Origin: an uncultured virus (IMG/VR IMGVR_UViG_3300010885_008506)
Lineage: Duplodnaviria; Heunggongvirae; Uroviricota; Caudoviricetes
DNA: 64,000 nt
Direction: 5' to 3' (one strand)
Virus record (IMG/VR): IMGVR_UViG_3300010885_008506
Location: 1-64,000 of that record
Shown: positions 10,701 through 19,166 of the stretch, piece after piece
Numbering within the stretch: position 1 is the first letter of the stretch
Layout of the letters: every line of letters begins with the position of its first letter
Notes under the pieces: model-generated
What the model was told of the DNA's origin: nothing
Seen by the model: the letters and a program-made list of their open reading frames with translations, nothing else
Databases searched by the model: none
Made by a program: the position numbers and the translations under genes

Positions 10701-13700
10701 CCTACTACAGGAGTAGTAAGATCTTCGTCAATATATAAACTTACAGCAAAGTTATCAATCTTTTCTACATAGAATGTACCGCCGTTAATAGCATTGCTGT
10801 TTGACTGTACAACTCCTGTTACACCTGTGATAGTAATTGCTTGTTTGTCACTAAGTCCGTGATAGAGATTTAGTGCAATTGTTCCAGCTGCTGTTGCAGT
10901 CTTAGATAGTGTAATTCTGTTTACGCCCGGAGTATAATCTTCTTCTATATTAATAATGACTGTGTTACTTTGAACACCGGTACCTGATACTTGTGTACCA
11001 ATCTGTACGCCTGCAACAGAACTAGCTGTTGTCACGTATGCACTTGATACGGAAGTAGTGCATGCTGCAATACCAAATGTCATGTCAATTGGGTCAGGGT
11101 ACGAATTAACTGTTATATTTTTAACAGGTAATGTAAAGTTACCATACTTCAATTTGTAAATTGTAGCTTCGCCGGGTGAACCAATTAGCATTAGCGTATC
11201 GCTTACACGGGCAAGTGTTGTGCCAAACTTAGCACTGGTTATACCCACAGGAGCGTCAATGGTATATCCCAATGTCCAGTCGCCTGTTGGTCCTCTGTTC
11301 CAAACTTGTACAGAGCCGTACTCTGTACCAATTATACTATTAGCAGGGCACCCAATAATTAGAGTTTCGCTGTCCAAGTGTGATATTGAATAACCAAATT
11401 CACATGCTGCACTTACGTCCGATGTACTACCGCGTAGTCTATCAACATATGCTAGATCGCCGCCTGCTTCTGAGCGTTCAAAAATTAATACTGCCTGATC
11501 GGTTTGCCCGCCGGCAGCAGTTGCTTCTGCTCTTGCTGCAGTCCAAATAATTGAACGATATGTCCATGCGTGTACCCTGGATCCAGTAACTGAATAGTTA
11601 GAAGTTGGGGCAGTTAGCCCAGCTGGTTGCGGGCCCACTAGCCATGGATCTTGTTTCTTTAGAACTGCCCATCCGCCATCGTATGCATCGATCCATAGAC
11701 GATCGCCTACTTCACTTTCGTACACACGAACTGCAGAGTCTATGTGACTTGAATACGCTACACCTGCTGCAGTATATGTATTATAAGCCTGTGAGTTTAC
11801 GGGAATTGTTAGTGCTTGATCGTCGTACAACGAAATCTTATTTGTGCTTACATATTTTGCGTAGTAAACTTTGCCGTTAAGTTCAGCCATTCCCGCAATA
11901 CGATCAATAATTAAACGTTCGCCGCCAATATATGAATGATCGTTGGCAAATGTTAGCACCACTGGGTTAGTGTTAGTTGCTGCAGTAATAACGTTAAATT
12001 CTACTGAATTAAAATTATTGTACTGGACTGGTAGTAACTTAACAATGAAGGCACTAAAGGTATCACCCTCGTTCAATCCGGTACCGTTAACTATTGTAAA
12101 GCTAGTAGTAGATTCAACAGTTTGTACAACTTGATATCCGTTTATACCTGGTACAGGTTGTAGTTGCCCTGGAGCAGATACCTCGGAGTATGTCAAATCG
12201 TCTAGAGTGACTAGCCAGATATCTTCATTTTCTGCAAGATCAAGCTTGCTGTCCAATGACACTACATCATTAGCTAGTATTGTTATATTAAATGGGCCAA
12301 AACGCTTAGTCTTGTAGATGGCCGAATCAGTTAGTGCTGTTTGTGCAACCCAAATAATTGTGCCATTTTTGTTCATCAGACTTGCATTGATGTTTGATAG
12401 TTGATCGTGCGATAGCACTGTTGCATCAACCTGATCTATTCTTGCATAGCCTGCATATTTTTGTTTGAATTTTGCTGTAGTCAGCGGGAAGATGCTTCCG
12501 CTAACACGTTCGCCTTGATCAAGAATTTTGTCTGCAGGTATTCCTACAACATTACGTTCGTAAGATGTTGCGTTATCTAGATCTAGTGCTATCTTAGAAA
12601 ATTCTAAATCGTTTGAGTCTAGTAGTAATTCAACTTCGTCTGTGTTATCTGCTAGACCAAATTCGCCAATACGGAATGCCCATTCGTCTTTGATATCAAC
12701 TGACAATTCACTGTTAGGATTAATGCCGCGTAGTAACTTGGTTACTGCTTGCTCTGTACCCTTTTGCGTAATCATGCCTTGATAGAACTTAAACTGAGAT
12801 TCGTCATCTACTAATAATGACTGTAGATAATCTCTTGGCTGGAATCCAATCAAGTGACGAGCATAAGAACTAACGTCGCTTGTAATCTGATCAACACTGA
12901 GGTCATAGAACTGTTCAAGACGCGCAGCCATTGATTCTAAGTTTGGCTGCAGGAACTTCTTAGGTTGCTTTGCCAGCTTCTTCCACTTAGAATAATCAAA
13001 TATATCACCACTGTTATGCACAGTTGTTGTTATGTATACTGTGGTGCTAATCTTAACAAGATCGCCATTTCTGTAATCTGTGTAACTCTGCCAATCGTTG
13101 ATGTTAGCTTGATCTAGGGTGAAGCCTGGTGCAAACAGTTTACCATTCCAACTATTGCTCTTACTTCCCTTAATCTTTAAACGTTCTTGTCTTGCGCCAG
13201 TTGTTGAATCAAATACGATATCACTGAAATCAGTCTTATCGTCAAACACAACCAAATGGTCAAACTCGCTTATAACTGCTTTTAGCAAGTAGATTGAGCG
13301 ATCTGCTGTAACAGACGATACTGTGATTAGGTCAAAGTTTCTGTCTACTGCAATGCTGTTTGCACGTAGTGGTGTACCGTTTTGATCCAACACGCCGTTA
13401 GGATCCGAATATACTCCGTACAGTGGGTCAAGGTCACCTTGCGGGACATACATCTGCACAAACTGACTTGCAGGGCTTAGTGTTAACGACGACCCGTTGT
13501 TCCAGTTCTGTAGACTCCAAAATAGGAATTCTCTACCAGATAGTATCCAATTGCGAATTGAGCCTAGGTCATTGTCGAACTGATCAAATACAAATCCTTG
13601 ATTTTCTAGATAACGTCCGTATGCAATTATAAAGTCAAATACTTCTTGCGCAGTTGAAAAGACGGTTCCGTAATAAACCTTAGCAGGATTTGTACTGAAT

Positions 13701-16700
13701 GTTTTCCAATATGTTGCAACAATACCACCTTGTACAGGCAATGTTTGTAGTGCTGCAAAGTTTTCAAAGTCAAACGCACTGCTGCTTGTGTGATCTGTTG
13801 TTACTCTGAAGAATAGTCCGTTATACTTGACTACTTGTCCTTTAATGTAATAGTAACCGTCTCTCCAATCTAGATAAGACGACGACTGCTCGCCTACACG
13901 CAATGAGTCTTTTTGACCTTCGTCATGTAAGCTTGGTAATATACTGAAGTATGCTTTCTCTGTGTCGTATCCTTCTACTCTCCAGCCGGTATCAGTACGG
14001 GTAATAATTACGCCACTATAGGTTAATGTATCAATTGGACTGCTTTGATCTAGTAGCAATTGATAGTTGCTATCCGGTAGCAAGCTTAATGAGTTCTTAC
14101 TGCCAGGTGCAACTGCGTTAATGTATACCTGCAACTTATCCTTGTCAGTAAAGCCAGTCATTCTAAACATCAGTCGAGGGCATATACCCGATACAAAATT
14201 GTTAAACTCGCTTAGGTCAATATTAAGTGACTTGGCTCTTGCTTGTATCCAAACAAAATATCCAGTAGTGTAAGTATTAGTAACACTTGCTTCGACATCA
14301 GATTGACGTACTACTTTACCTACTGAGGTAATAGTTGTGTCGTATATCTTTTGCAGAGTATTAGTTACTGCATCAAATGCAGTATCAAGTAAATCAAATC
14401 CTGATCCAAAGTATAGACGAGAATTGGTCAATGCCTGATACAGTTGCACAGCAAATGGATATTCGCTGCTTCTAATCCAAGCTTGTTCTACCGGACTGCA
14501 GTCACCAAACTGCCAATCACGATTTAACAATCTTTGATCTGTAATCTTAACTAGCTGTGATGCATCAGGTGACAATAGTACGCCGTGATCGTCTACTGGG
14601 ATGATATCCTGTAGTCTGTGTTCGGCATTGTATCGCACATAACGTGTGTCAACACCTGCACGATAACCCTGACGAATTAGACCCTGTTCTAGGTCTTCCC
14701 ACAGTTTTGTATTTTGCTTGGTGTATGGAGCAGTGCCGTATTCACTTGCCCACCATGTTGGCTCTTCGTGGAAGCCTAGCATTTCCCATGGTGTAACGTT
14801 TGGATATGGTGTGTCAAAATAGTGACGATATACTCCAAACCAGCTGCCAATTAGAATCTTATTACCAAACACATCTTCCTGACCGCGATAATTCCATTGC
14901 CACGGGTCACTAGTAACAGGATGACTGCTGTAGTTTAGCTTGGACTTAAGGATCCATTGTCCAAAGAATCTGTCAAATACATCGATGTAATTCTGAAAGT
15001 CTCTTTCGCTAGAACGATAGTAGCCCGGCAGTAATGCAAATTTATCTAGTACCTGCTTGTAAGAATCACTGCCTTGTTTCTTGATGTTGTTATAGATTCT
15101 GTTCTCTAGTTCAAGTAGCAGTTCGTCGCGCTGATCGCCAAATGCTGGCGTCAGGCTTCCGTCGTGTCCTCTAATAACAGTTACTAGTCCCGATGGCTGC
15201 TGTATAGTTGTTAGTGCTGGCACATATGCTGGTGCAATGCCCAGCTTTGCAGGAGTAGCAGCAACCCAGTTCTCTGTAGTAGTATCGTACTGACGAACAA
15301 CAATCACATCATTCTGTGTTAGCGGATAATTGGTTGAGATTGTAAGCGACGACAAAGGAGTATCAAAGTCGTAGTCTTGGTAACGTGCGAGTAGTATGCC
15401 GTTGTGATAAACTAGTACAGCCTTTCTATTTGACTCTTCATCTACGTATGCCGTAGTTAGAGGATAGGTCTTGTCTTCCTGATAGCGAACCTTATAGCTA
15501 TTTTCCACAAAGTTTGTATATCCCGGAACCATGTCACTGTCATAGAATGGGAAGTCTGCTGTTTTACCCAGTACGTATTCCGATAGAATACTGTCCAGCA
15601 TTGTTGGCACTGGATTTTCTTCGTCAAATACAACTGTATTATACTTCTGTATTACAGAATTTTTAAATTTAGTAAATTCGTTACGTGCATATTCTAAGCT
15701 TTGAACAAAGCCCAGTGTTCTATTCTTTAGCAAGGCCATTGCTAATAAGATGTTACCGTTGTGATAACCAAACTTAGTGCAATAGGAATCTAGTGTTGGT
15801 TGTATGAATAGATTGTTGTTGCCAACTGAACGACCATCTAACGTTGTTAGTAACTGTGCGCCGCTAGTTAAATGAGATGCTAGTTCACCAAACGTCATTA
15901 CAGAAATTTGTTGATTGGAAGGATTTGTTGTTAGACTTAAAGGAAGCCTCAACACCAAGTCTGTTTCTGTAATGTCGTCATTAGTCCAATGTGTGATCAT
16001 TAACTTGTCGTTGACTTTTAATGTATTTCTGAATACTAGTAAACTGTTTGCTTTAACTTGCTTTACTTTTCCGTCAACTGCTGTTGCATAGTCAATTACT
16101 CTATCAACCAGATCGTAGTCTTGACCCTGATACAGCAATTGATCGTTGAGCTCAACTATAACTGTTTGTTGTACATCACTCTCAATGACGGAGATTTTTA
16201 ATTCAACTTCGTTAGTTTCTACGTCCACGTAACGTAGATCAATTACAGGAGGTTTGCCAATGATTGGACTATCAAGCACAACAGAACGAAGCGAATCATC
16301 GTTTACGTTAAGTGTGTAGAAACTTTCGCAAGCTAGTTCTGTAGTAGTTTCTGACAGAGTAAATTGGAATATGTCCTGGCTATGATTCCATTCAAACTGA
16401 ATGTCGCCAGTTAAGCCAACAGACTTATAACTCAGAGGGAAGCCAATTTCGCTATCGTTAGTACCTGTTCCTCGTTTGAACGAGAACAACTTGCTACCAA
16501 TGAATGTGCTACCTACATATGTTGCTCGATCGCCAATGCTTGTTTTGTTAGAATCAAACAAATCAAACAGTGGTTCTTGATTGATTGCTGTTTTATTCTG
16601 CGACTGAACCCACTCATTGTTTAGATAATAAAAATTCTTACCTGCATTACTATTGCCGTCAGTAACTACGATACCATCATAATCGCTAACACTTGCAACT

Positions 16701-19165
16701 TCTGTTAACACAATATTAGGCTGATAGTCGTATGCTGTTAATTCAATATCGTCTAGTGATAATAGTGTTGTTACTAGCGTAATTTCAATACGTTCTTCTG
16801 TACCAATGGTTACACCAGCAGTAGCTGTTACACCAGCACCCGGTGCTGCAATTACTACAGTCACTGCGGTTGTAGAAGTAGTTGGGTTGGTAATAGTAAT
16901 AAAATCTACTGCATCTCCAACTAATGTTGCAACTGCAGAACCACCAACAGGTAAACTAGTAACAGTATCTATTAGACTTACAGTAGGAGCTGTAGCATAC
17001 CCACTTCCTCCGTTAGTTACTGTAATTTCTGTAATTGCAGGAATGTTATATACTACATCTGTTGAGTACAGATTAGAAGGTATAATATCATCACCATTTT
17101 TAAGTTCAATTGTTTTATTTCTAAAATCACCTTGAATGTTGAATACATCACCGGTGTTGGTAGCTAGCCATTCGTATGGCGCTGTGCCAATTGCACCCGG
17201 ATTGTATATAGACTTACGTCCTTCGTCTAGACTGGCAATTGTTACTTCGTAAATCTTGTTTCGTACCTGCAAATCTGTATCAGCAGAGAACACAACTTTC
17301 ATGCCGTTCTCTAGGCCAACACCATCCGCAGAATATCCAGATGCTGCCATCACGTTGCTTAGAGCATCAATTTCTACTTGATCAAATGCATCTACTACTG
17401 CAACGTTACGACGTGCATGATTATACAATGCGATATCGTTGTCAAATTCCACAACAGGACGTTTGGCTTTTTCTGCTTGATCGATTACAAAATCTTGCTC
17501 CAGTACTTTAGCAGTATGCTCTAGTACGCGATAATGGAACCAACGATTACTGCGACTCCACGCATTCCCGTCTAGACTAGAACGTGCAATAGTAATGTAA
17601 TGCTTGTTTAGAAAGCCGTAGTTGATATCTTGTTCTAGTCCGTTTGGTACTAATAAATCAACGTCAAGCAAACGAATACTGCTACCAACACCTTCTACGT
17701 AATATGTTTTGTTACGATAAGAAGCAGGTAGTACTGTTGCATCAAATGTTACTTTGAGTCCATTCATGAACGTAACATCGCCAATTGCAAATCTCTGCTG
17801 TCCAATTACGTCTCGTTCAATATCGATAGACGGGACGCCAGTGAATGCCGATGCTGTAGTTGGTACTTGAATTGTACTAGACTGTTGGATTGGGCTACCT
17901 GTCCAACTTGGACCAACTACATATGGGAATACCGGATCGTTAGCGTTGTCAACTGTTAAGAAGTATGCATACGTTCCGTTAGGGAAATCTGGTGTTACGC
18001 AAAAACGTCCATTGTTAACGTCAAGTGTTCCTAGATTTGCAATGTATTCGTAGTCTTCAACATATCTACCGTCTGGTGTGCCGCGAACAGCAGTTGCACC
18101 TTTGATGCGATAGCTGCTGGTCATGTTAATGATTGAGCCGCTGCCGTCTGCGTTAGTATAACCACGTGGTCCGTAGATTGGGAAGCCGTCAAACGCATAC
18201 CCTAGTATCTTACTATGTCCGCTAACTGAATCGCCTAGTTCTGAACTGTATGCGTGATAGTGGAACACACCGTTAATGTCTGGATGTCCTGCAAATTCTG
18301 TAGGACTGACGTGCTGCACATCCTCGCTGCGATTAAATTCATTTGCTAAATTGCTGCTAGTACTATCAAATGTAATTGTGTGATTTTCTAAGAAAGGCGT
18401 GTTTATTGTATACGTAACATCATTAAGCTTTTCTTTGCTGCCCATTGTGTATGTGTAAAATGGGTGCCCGTTAGTTGCAACGCCAATCATACTGCCTGCG
18501 GGTACAGCTACTTGATTCTGACTCTGTCTAATCTGCGGATCACGTGGTAGCTTAAATGCCACTGTTGTGTCTGCAACTGCTCGTGTTACATCTACTGTAG
18601 GAAAACTATCAACCAATGAAGATTGATTACTAGTTGACACGTATATATTTTTATCGTCGTAATAACCTAGTACTGTATTGTCAAATGCGGACAATTTAAT
18701 GAACAGTAAGTTGGCAATTGCAAAACTTATTGGTATTGCGTCCGGGCCGTTGGGCATCCAGTAGTACTGATCATAGTTGATCAGCTTGTCTAAACTAATC
18801 TTAAAATCAGCTGGTTTAAAATCGTCAGCTAGTGCGTTTTGTAGATTATTTTTATCAACACCATAATAGTTTAGGGCATTGATAAAGTCTTCTGCAGTAG
18901 CACCAAAGGCATATGTACCATCTGGGTTCACTGATGCTGCACCAACTTCAAGTTGATAAGCGTTTCTTAGTTCATTATTCTCTGTTAAGAATCTATCAGT
19001 TGACGTTGCACCTTTTGCATATCTACGTCCTACATAGTAATTCAATTGTCTTGGGTCACTTGGGGTTACCAAATGGTCCATCGTAGATGCTAAGAATCTA
19101 CGGTTTAGACTTGTTTGAAATACTTCTGGTAAAAACTTGTAACTGCGTTGAAATGCTTTAGCCAT
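4757..19165 (-). CDS. Giant (4802 aa) baseplate wedge-type structural protein with YHYH and multiple beta-rich accessory domains
   Basis: Directly downstream of the gp6-like gene; N-terminal FLPEVFQT...RRFL; YHYH-like segment (GVFHYH...ILGYAFDGFPIYGP); YITEVKPYHTKIRE motif; repeated GNGxxxxF Ig-like units at the C-terminus. Confidence 0.75.
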   Translation of the reverse strand: MAKAFQRSYKFLPEVFQTSLNRRFLASTMDHLVTPSDPRQLNYYVGRRYAKGATSTDRFLTENNELRNAYQLEVGAASVNPDGTYAFGATAEDFINALNYYGVDKNNLQNALADDFKPADFKISLDKLINYDQYYWMPNGPDAIPISFAIANLLFIKLSAFDNTVLGYYDDKNIYVSTSNQSSLVDSFPTVDVTRAVADTTVAFKLPRDPQIRQSQNQVAVPAGSMIGVATNGHPFYTYTMGSKEKLNDVTYTINTPFLENHTITFDSTSSNLANEFNRSEDVQHVSPTEFAGHPDINGVFHYHAYSSELGDSVSGHSKILGYAFDGFPIYGPRGYTNADGSGSIINMTSSYRIKGATAVRGTPDGRYVEDYEYIANLGTLDVNNGRFCVTPDFPNGTYAYFLTVDNANDPVFPYVVGPSWTGSPIQQSSTIQVPTTASAFTGVPSIDIERDVIGQQRFAIGDVTFMNGLKVTFDATVLPASYRNKTYYVEGVGSSIRLLDVDLLVPNGLEQDINYGFLNKHYITIARSSLDGNAWSRSNRWFHYRVLEHTAKVLEQDFVIDQAEKAKRPVVEFDNDIALYNHARRNVAVVDAFDQVEIDALSNVMAASGYSADGVGLENGMKVVFSADTDLQVRNKIYEVTIASLDEGRKSIYNPGAIGTAPYEWLATNTGDVFNIQGDFRNKTIELKNGDDIIPSNLYSTDVVYNIPAITEITVTNGGSGYATAPTVSLIDTVTSLPVGGSAVATLVGDAVDFITITNPTTSTTAVTVVIAAPGAGVTATAGVTIGTEERIEITLVTTLLSLDDIELTAYDYQPNIVLTEVASVSDYDGIVVTDGNSNAGKNFYYLNNEWVQSQNKTAINQEPLFDLFDSNKTSIGDRATYVGSTFIGSKLFSFKRGTGTNDSEIGFPLSYKSVGLTGDIQFEWNHSQDIFQFTLSETTTELACESFYTLNVNDDSLRSVVLDSPIIGKPPVIDLRYVDVETNEVELKISVIESDVQQTVIVELNDQLLYQGQDYDLVDRVIDYATAVDGKVKQVKANSLLVFRNTLKVNDKLMITHWTNDDITETDLVLRLPLSLTTNPSNQQISVMTFGELASHLTSGAQLLTTLDGRSVGNNNLFIQPTLDSYCTKFGYHNGNILLAMALLKNRTLGFVQSLEYARNEFTKFKNSVIQKYNTVVFDEENPVPTMLDSILSEYVLGKTADFPFYDSDMVPGYTNFVENSYKVRYQEDKTYPLTTAYVDEESNRKAVLVYHNGILLARYQDYDFDTPLSSLTISTNYPLTQNDVIVVRQYDTTTENWVAATPAKLGIAPAYVPALTTIQQPSGLVTVIRGHDGSLTPAFGDQRDELLLELENRIYNNIKKQGSDSYKQVLDKFALLPGYYRSSERDFQNYIDVFDRFFGQWILKSKLNYSSHPVTSDPWQWNYRGQEDVFGNKILIGSWFGVYRHYFDTPYPNVTPWEMLGFHEEPTWWASEYGTAPYTKQNTKLWEDLEQGLIRQGYRAGVDTRYVRYNAEHRLQDIIPVDDHGVLLSPDASQLVKITDQRLLNRDWQFGDCSPVEQAWIRSSEYPFAVQLYQALTNSRLYFGSGFDLLDTAFDAVTNTLQKIYDTTITSVGKVVRQSDVEASVTNTYTTGYFVWIQARAKSLNIDLSEFNNFVSGICPRLMFRMTGFTDKDKLQVYINAVAPGSKNSLSLLPDSNYQLLLDQSSPIDTLTYSGVIITRTDTGWRVEGYDTEKAYFSILPSLHDEGQKDSLRVGEQSSSYLDWRDGYYYIKGQVVKYNGLFFRVTTDHTSSSAFDFENFAALQTLPVQGGIVATYWKTFSTNPAKVYYGTVFSTAQEVFDFIIAYGRYLENQGFVFDQFDNDLGSIRNWILSGREFLFWSLQNWNNGSSLTLSPASQFVQMYVPQGDLDPLYGVYSDPNGVLDQNGTPLRANSIAVDRNFDLITVSSVTADRSIYLLKAVISEFDHLVVFDDKTDFSDIVFDSTTGARQERLKIKGSKSNSWNGKLFAPGFTLDQANINDWQSYTDYRNGDLVKISTTVYITTTVHNSGDIFDYSKWKKLAKQPKKFLQPNLESMAARLEQFYDLSVDQITSDVSSYARHLIGFQPRDYLQSLLVDDESQFKFYQGMITQKGTEQAVTKLLRGINPNSELSVDIKDEWAFRIGEFGLADNTDEVELLLDSNDLEFSKIALDLDNATSYERNVVGIPADKILDQGERVSGSIFPLTTAKFKQKYAGYARIDQVDATVLSHDQLSNINASLMNKNGTIIWVAQTALTDSAIYKTKRFGPFNITILANDVVSLDSKLDLAENEDIWLVTLDDLTYSEVSAPGQLQPVPGINGYQVVQTVESTTSFTIVNGTGLNEGDTFSAFIVKLLPVQYNNFNSVEFNVITAATNTNPVVLTFANDHSYIGGERLIIDRIAGMAELNGKVYYAKYVSTNKISLYDDQALTIPVNSQAYNTYTAAGVAYSSHIDSAVRVYESEVGDRLWIDAYDGGWAVLKKQDPWLVGPQPAGLTAPTSNYSVTGSRVHAWTYRSIIWTAARAEATAAGGQTDQAVLIFERSEAGGDLAYVDRLRGSTSDVSAACEFGYSISHLDSETLIIGCPANSIIGTEYGSVQVWNRGPTGDWTLGYTIDAPVGITSAKFGTTLARVSDTLMLIGSPGEATIYKLKYGNFTLPVKNITVNSYPDPIDMTFGIAACTTSVSSAYVTTASSVAGVQIGTQVSGTGVQSNTVIINIEEDYTPGVNRITLSKTATAAGTIALNLYHGLSDKQAITITGVTGVVQSNSNAINGGTFYVEKIDNFAVSLYIDEDLTTPVVGLGTHTAYTGSAAATDTYSIQLAPVTQTATGTGIVMAADSNKVAILDTAGNGHIYVYTIDENGILTQDINAIVTGTTSIPIKSQHPIDITTVGENVRVAVGSRFTTYDTFGTIIDTGDTTFDTLVSDGIVRIYDFSATSGTASLTQVLTGPNTNGLNLFGKTVKFTTSGKLLVGNPTAPYVWKLILDSSTTTFDANDTTFTDVIIGYGAVESFGLHSRYGAAPGSSLYSTQYVWEGSVFNPISAVDDSTTGFGSALSEVNDTVIIASPWSVRGKIYEYDNTQDGWAAETQQEQVVDTKLINRALSYDPVQDQVIEFLSLWDPLKDLHDSEAMINVDYTLSIDPSIYQENSPGNTFWAEEKVGTTWWDNSTAVWLWYEQGDLSYKIKNWGQLFPGSTITVCEWIESTTVPSAYNVNGMTPSMGTPPLGGLQPYNTKVTTDSNGATVFRYYFWVAGKQSISQSSKKTLSVASIATALTNGPYQWVAAAGSAGVVTQNLRDNLVDGEQILQIEVLRVEQNSPRHVEWTLLSEGDNVAPPTSLVNKMVDSLTGRDLAGNNVPDVELAAHKRLGVKIRPRQTMFNDRVGAIEVCAEYLNEYLASIIVEDVDLGTMNQSDPQPLIMEVQDLTIDTGDTTFDDGSTTLTTEYQNWDESVPTYADIIVSDLLAKPAGYLLLVESDETRKNLWTIYMWDGTNLMLSRVQKYDTTRYWSRLDYYSTDYPEGSIAAVTLATEQEFQDSNYVDTNVKVLGPGYWRVLRKDSTGDTTIMALENGTIKLDITAADFNTSMSFDTSSFDSAVFDSEPTIELRNILTAMRDNVFVNEYKYLWNSWFFRMVRHALVEQRQLDWAFKSSFIKVKHFVAELAERPVYALDIDDSLEKYITEVKPYHTKIREYTSVYSGKDVFGSLTTDFDCPPHIVDNHYETSVVDDPEQASRFENEWPWRSYRDNRGYSVVAIVVADGGTGYDIAPTIKLTGGKTVLEGNVRLASAYAVNLGFAQSFETLGADNYFSARKLWLDQQAIKDSSIDTTDLPGDVLANVAGGPGVVNLDAIRQIIVVDEGEGYLTPPTVEIVSLPGHGSGARAYAVLGKTPVRMFKTGMRFDRVKGTADILYPETRDPAQDNPGFDDWHAADRIAAFYDPQPGQAGIPERIIQTHIGDGVTTTFDLPQDFMYEELMQVALGDILVEPSDYTVYPSEMTINFATAPSNNTTISLILNPPLLPLLLGADYDQTKIVSPKFSTGPGFASQARGFDSVDFDNWELDPYGNLVELGGYDTYQSGGRFASSSGYDPSAEVSNSGGSFIGPDTTPSTEELVSGQVFDALDVKVFTAESQNQNISIQTISGNGTTTYFALNPVPSSVDNITVFVNGLVQDPGVAYIIDYSNILGQINAELQFNTAPAANSIITAVVTNDNGPSVEQVQNFVGNGSSEVFRVTGVGLDNPLRQCIVVVDGIKTAHTFASDSAPYENDVLVTISPAPAIGAVIRIVSYLTVAGVPVDLKNYTESFVESIFINGSLNYTITNPSGAPAPLSTSTIAYAVAEGAEAGLRLTPPATAYALGTGATAQFNIPVCPNFNIAGLVAGDIQATVNGQIVSISSYSSGVVTLTATPALNDVVTITVLPSGDYYVQGSTLTLTSMVDDGSTNTKILVTTYNDTALTGIRTEVFGIDNTLHIQYQGYGIYGIGLSPTQQQLANFYSRGQIVLSDDIIAVNRVQVYKNGVYIAPVVGWYLQAESNRIVNIAGGIDDNDVIVVHYFAGTSTTSSTIGFRVFKDMMGSLSAYRLPLENSTTVSQAVTTASDRIYLTNASALVAPSPLINRPGVVMIGKERIEYWEKGSDYISRLRRATKGTGAGNHRVGTLAVDMSYRNQLPASEYMNSETYSANGATVSFALPLLLTTSEHDTDSVLVYVAGKKMTSGYTVDQSAGSYYQVTFNEAPKSGLRVVLAIKQAYNWYDVTDPTSSMADTDTQWAIFIREKTTVFDIS

Positions 19166-19166
19166 A

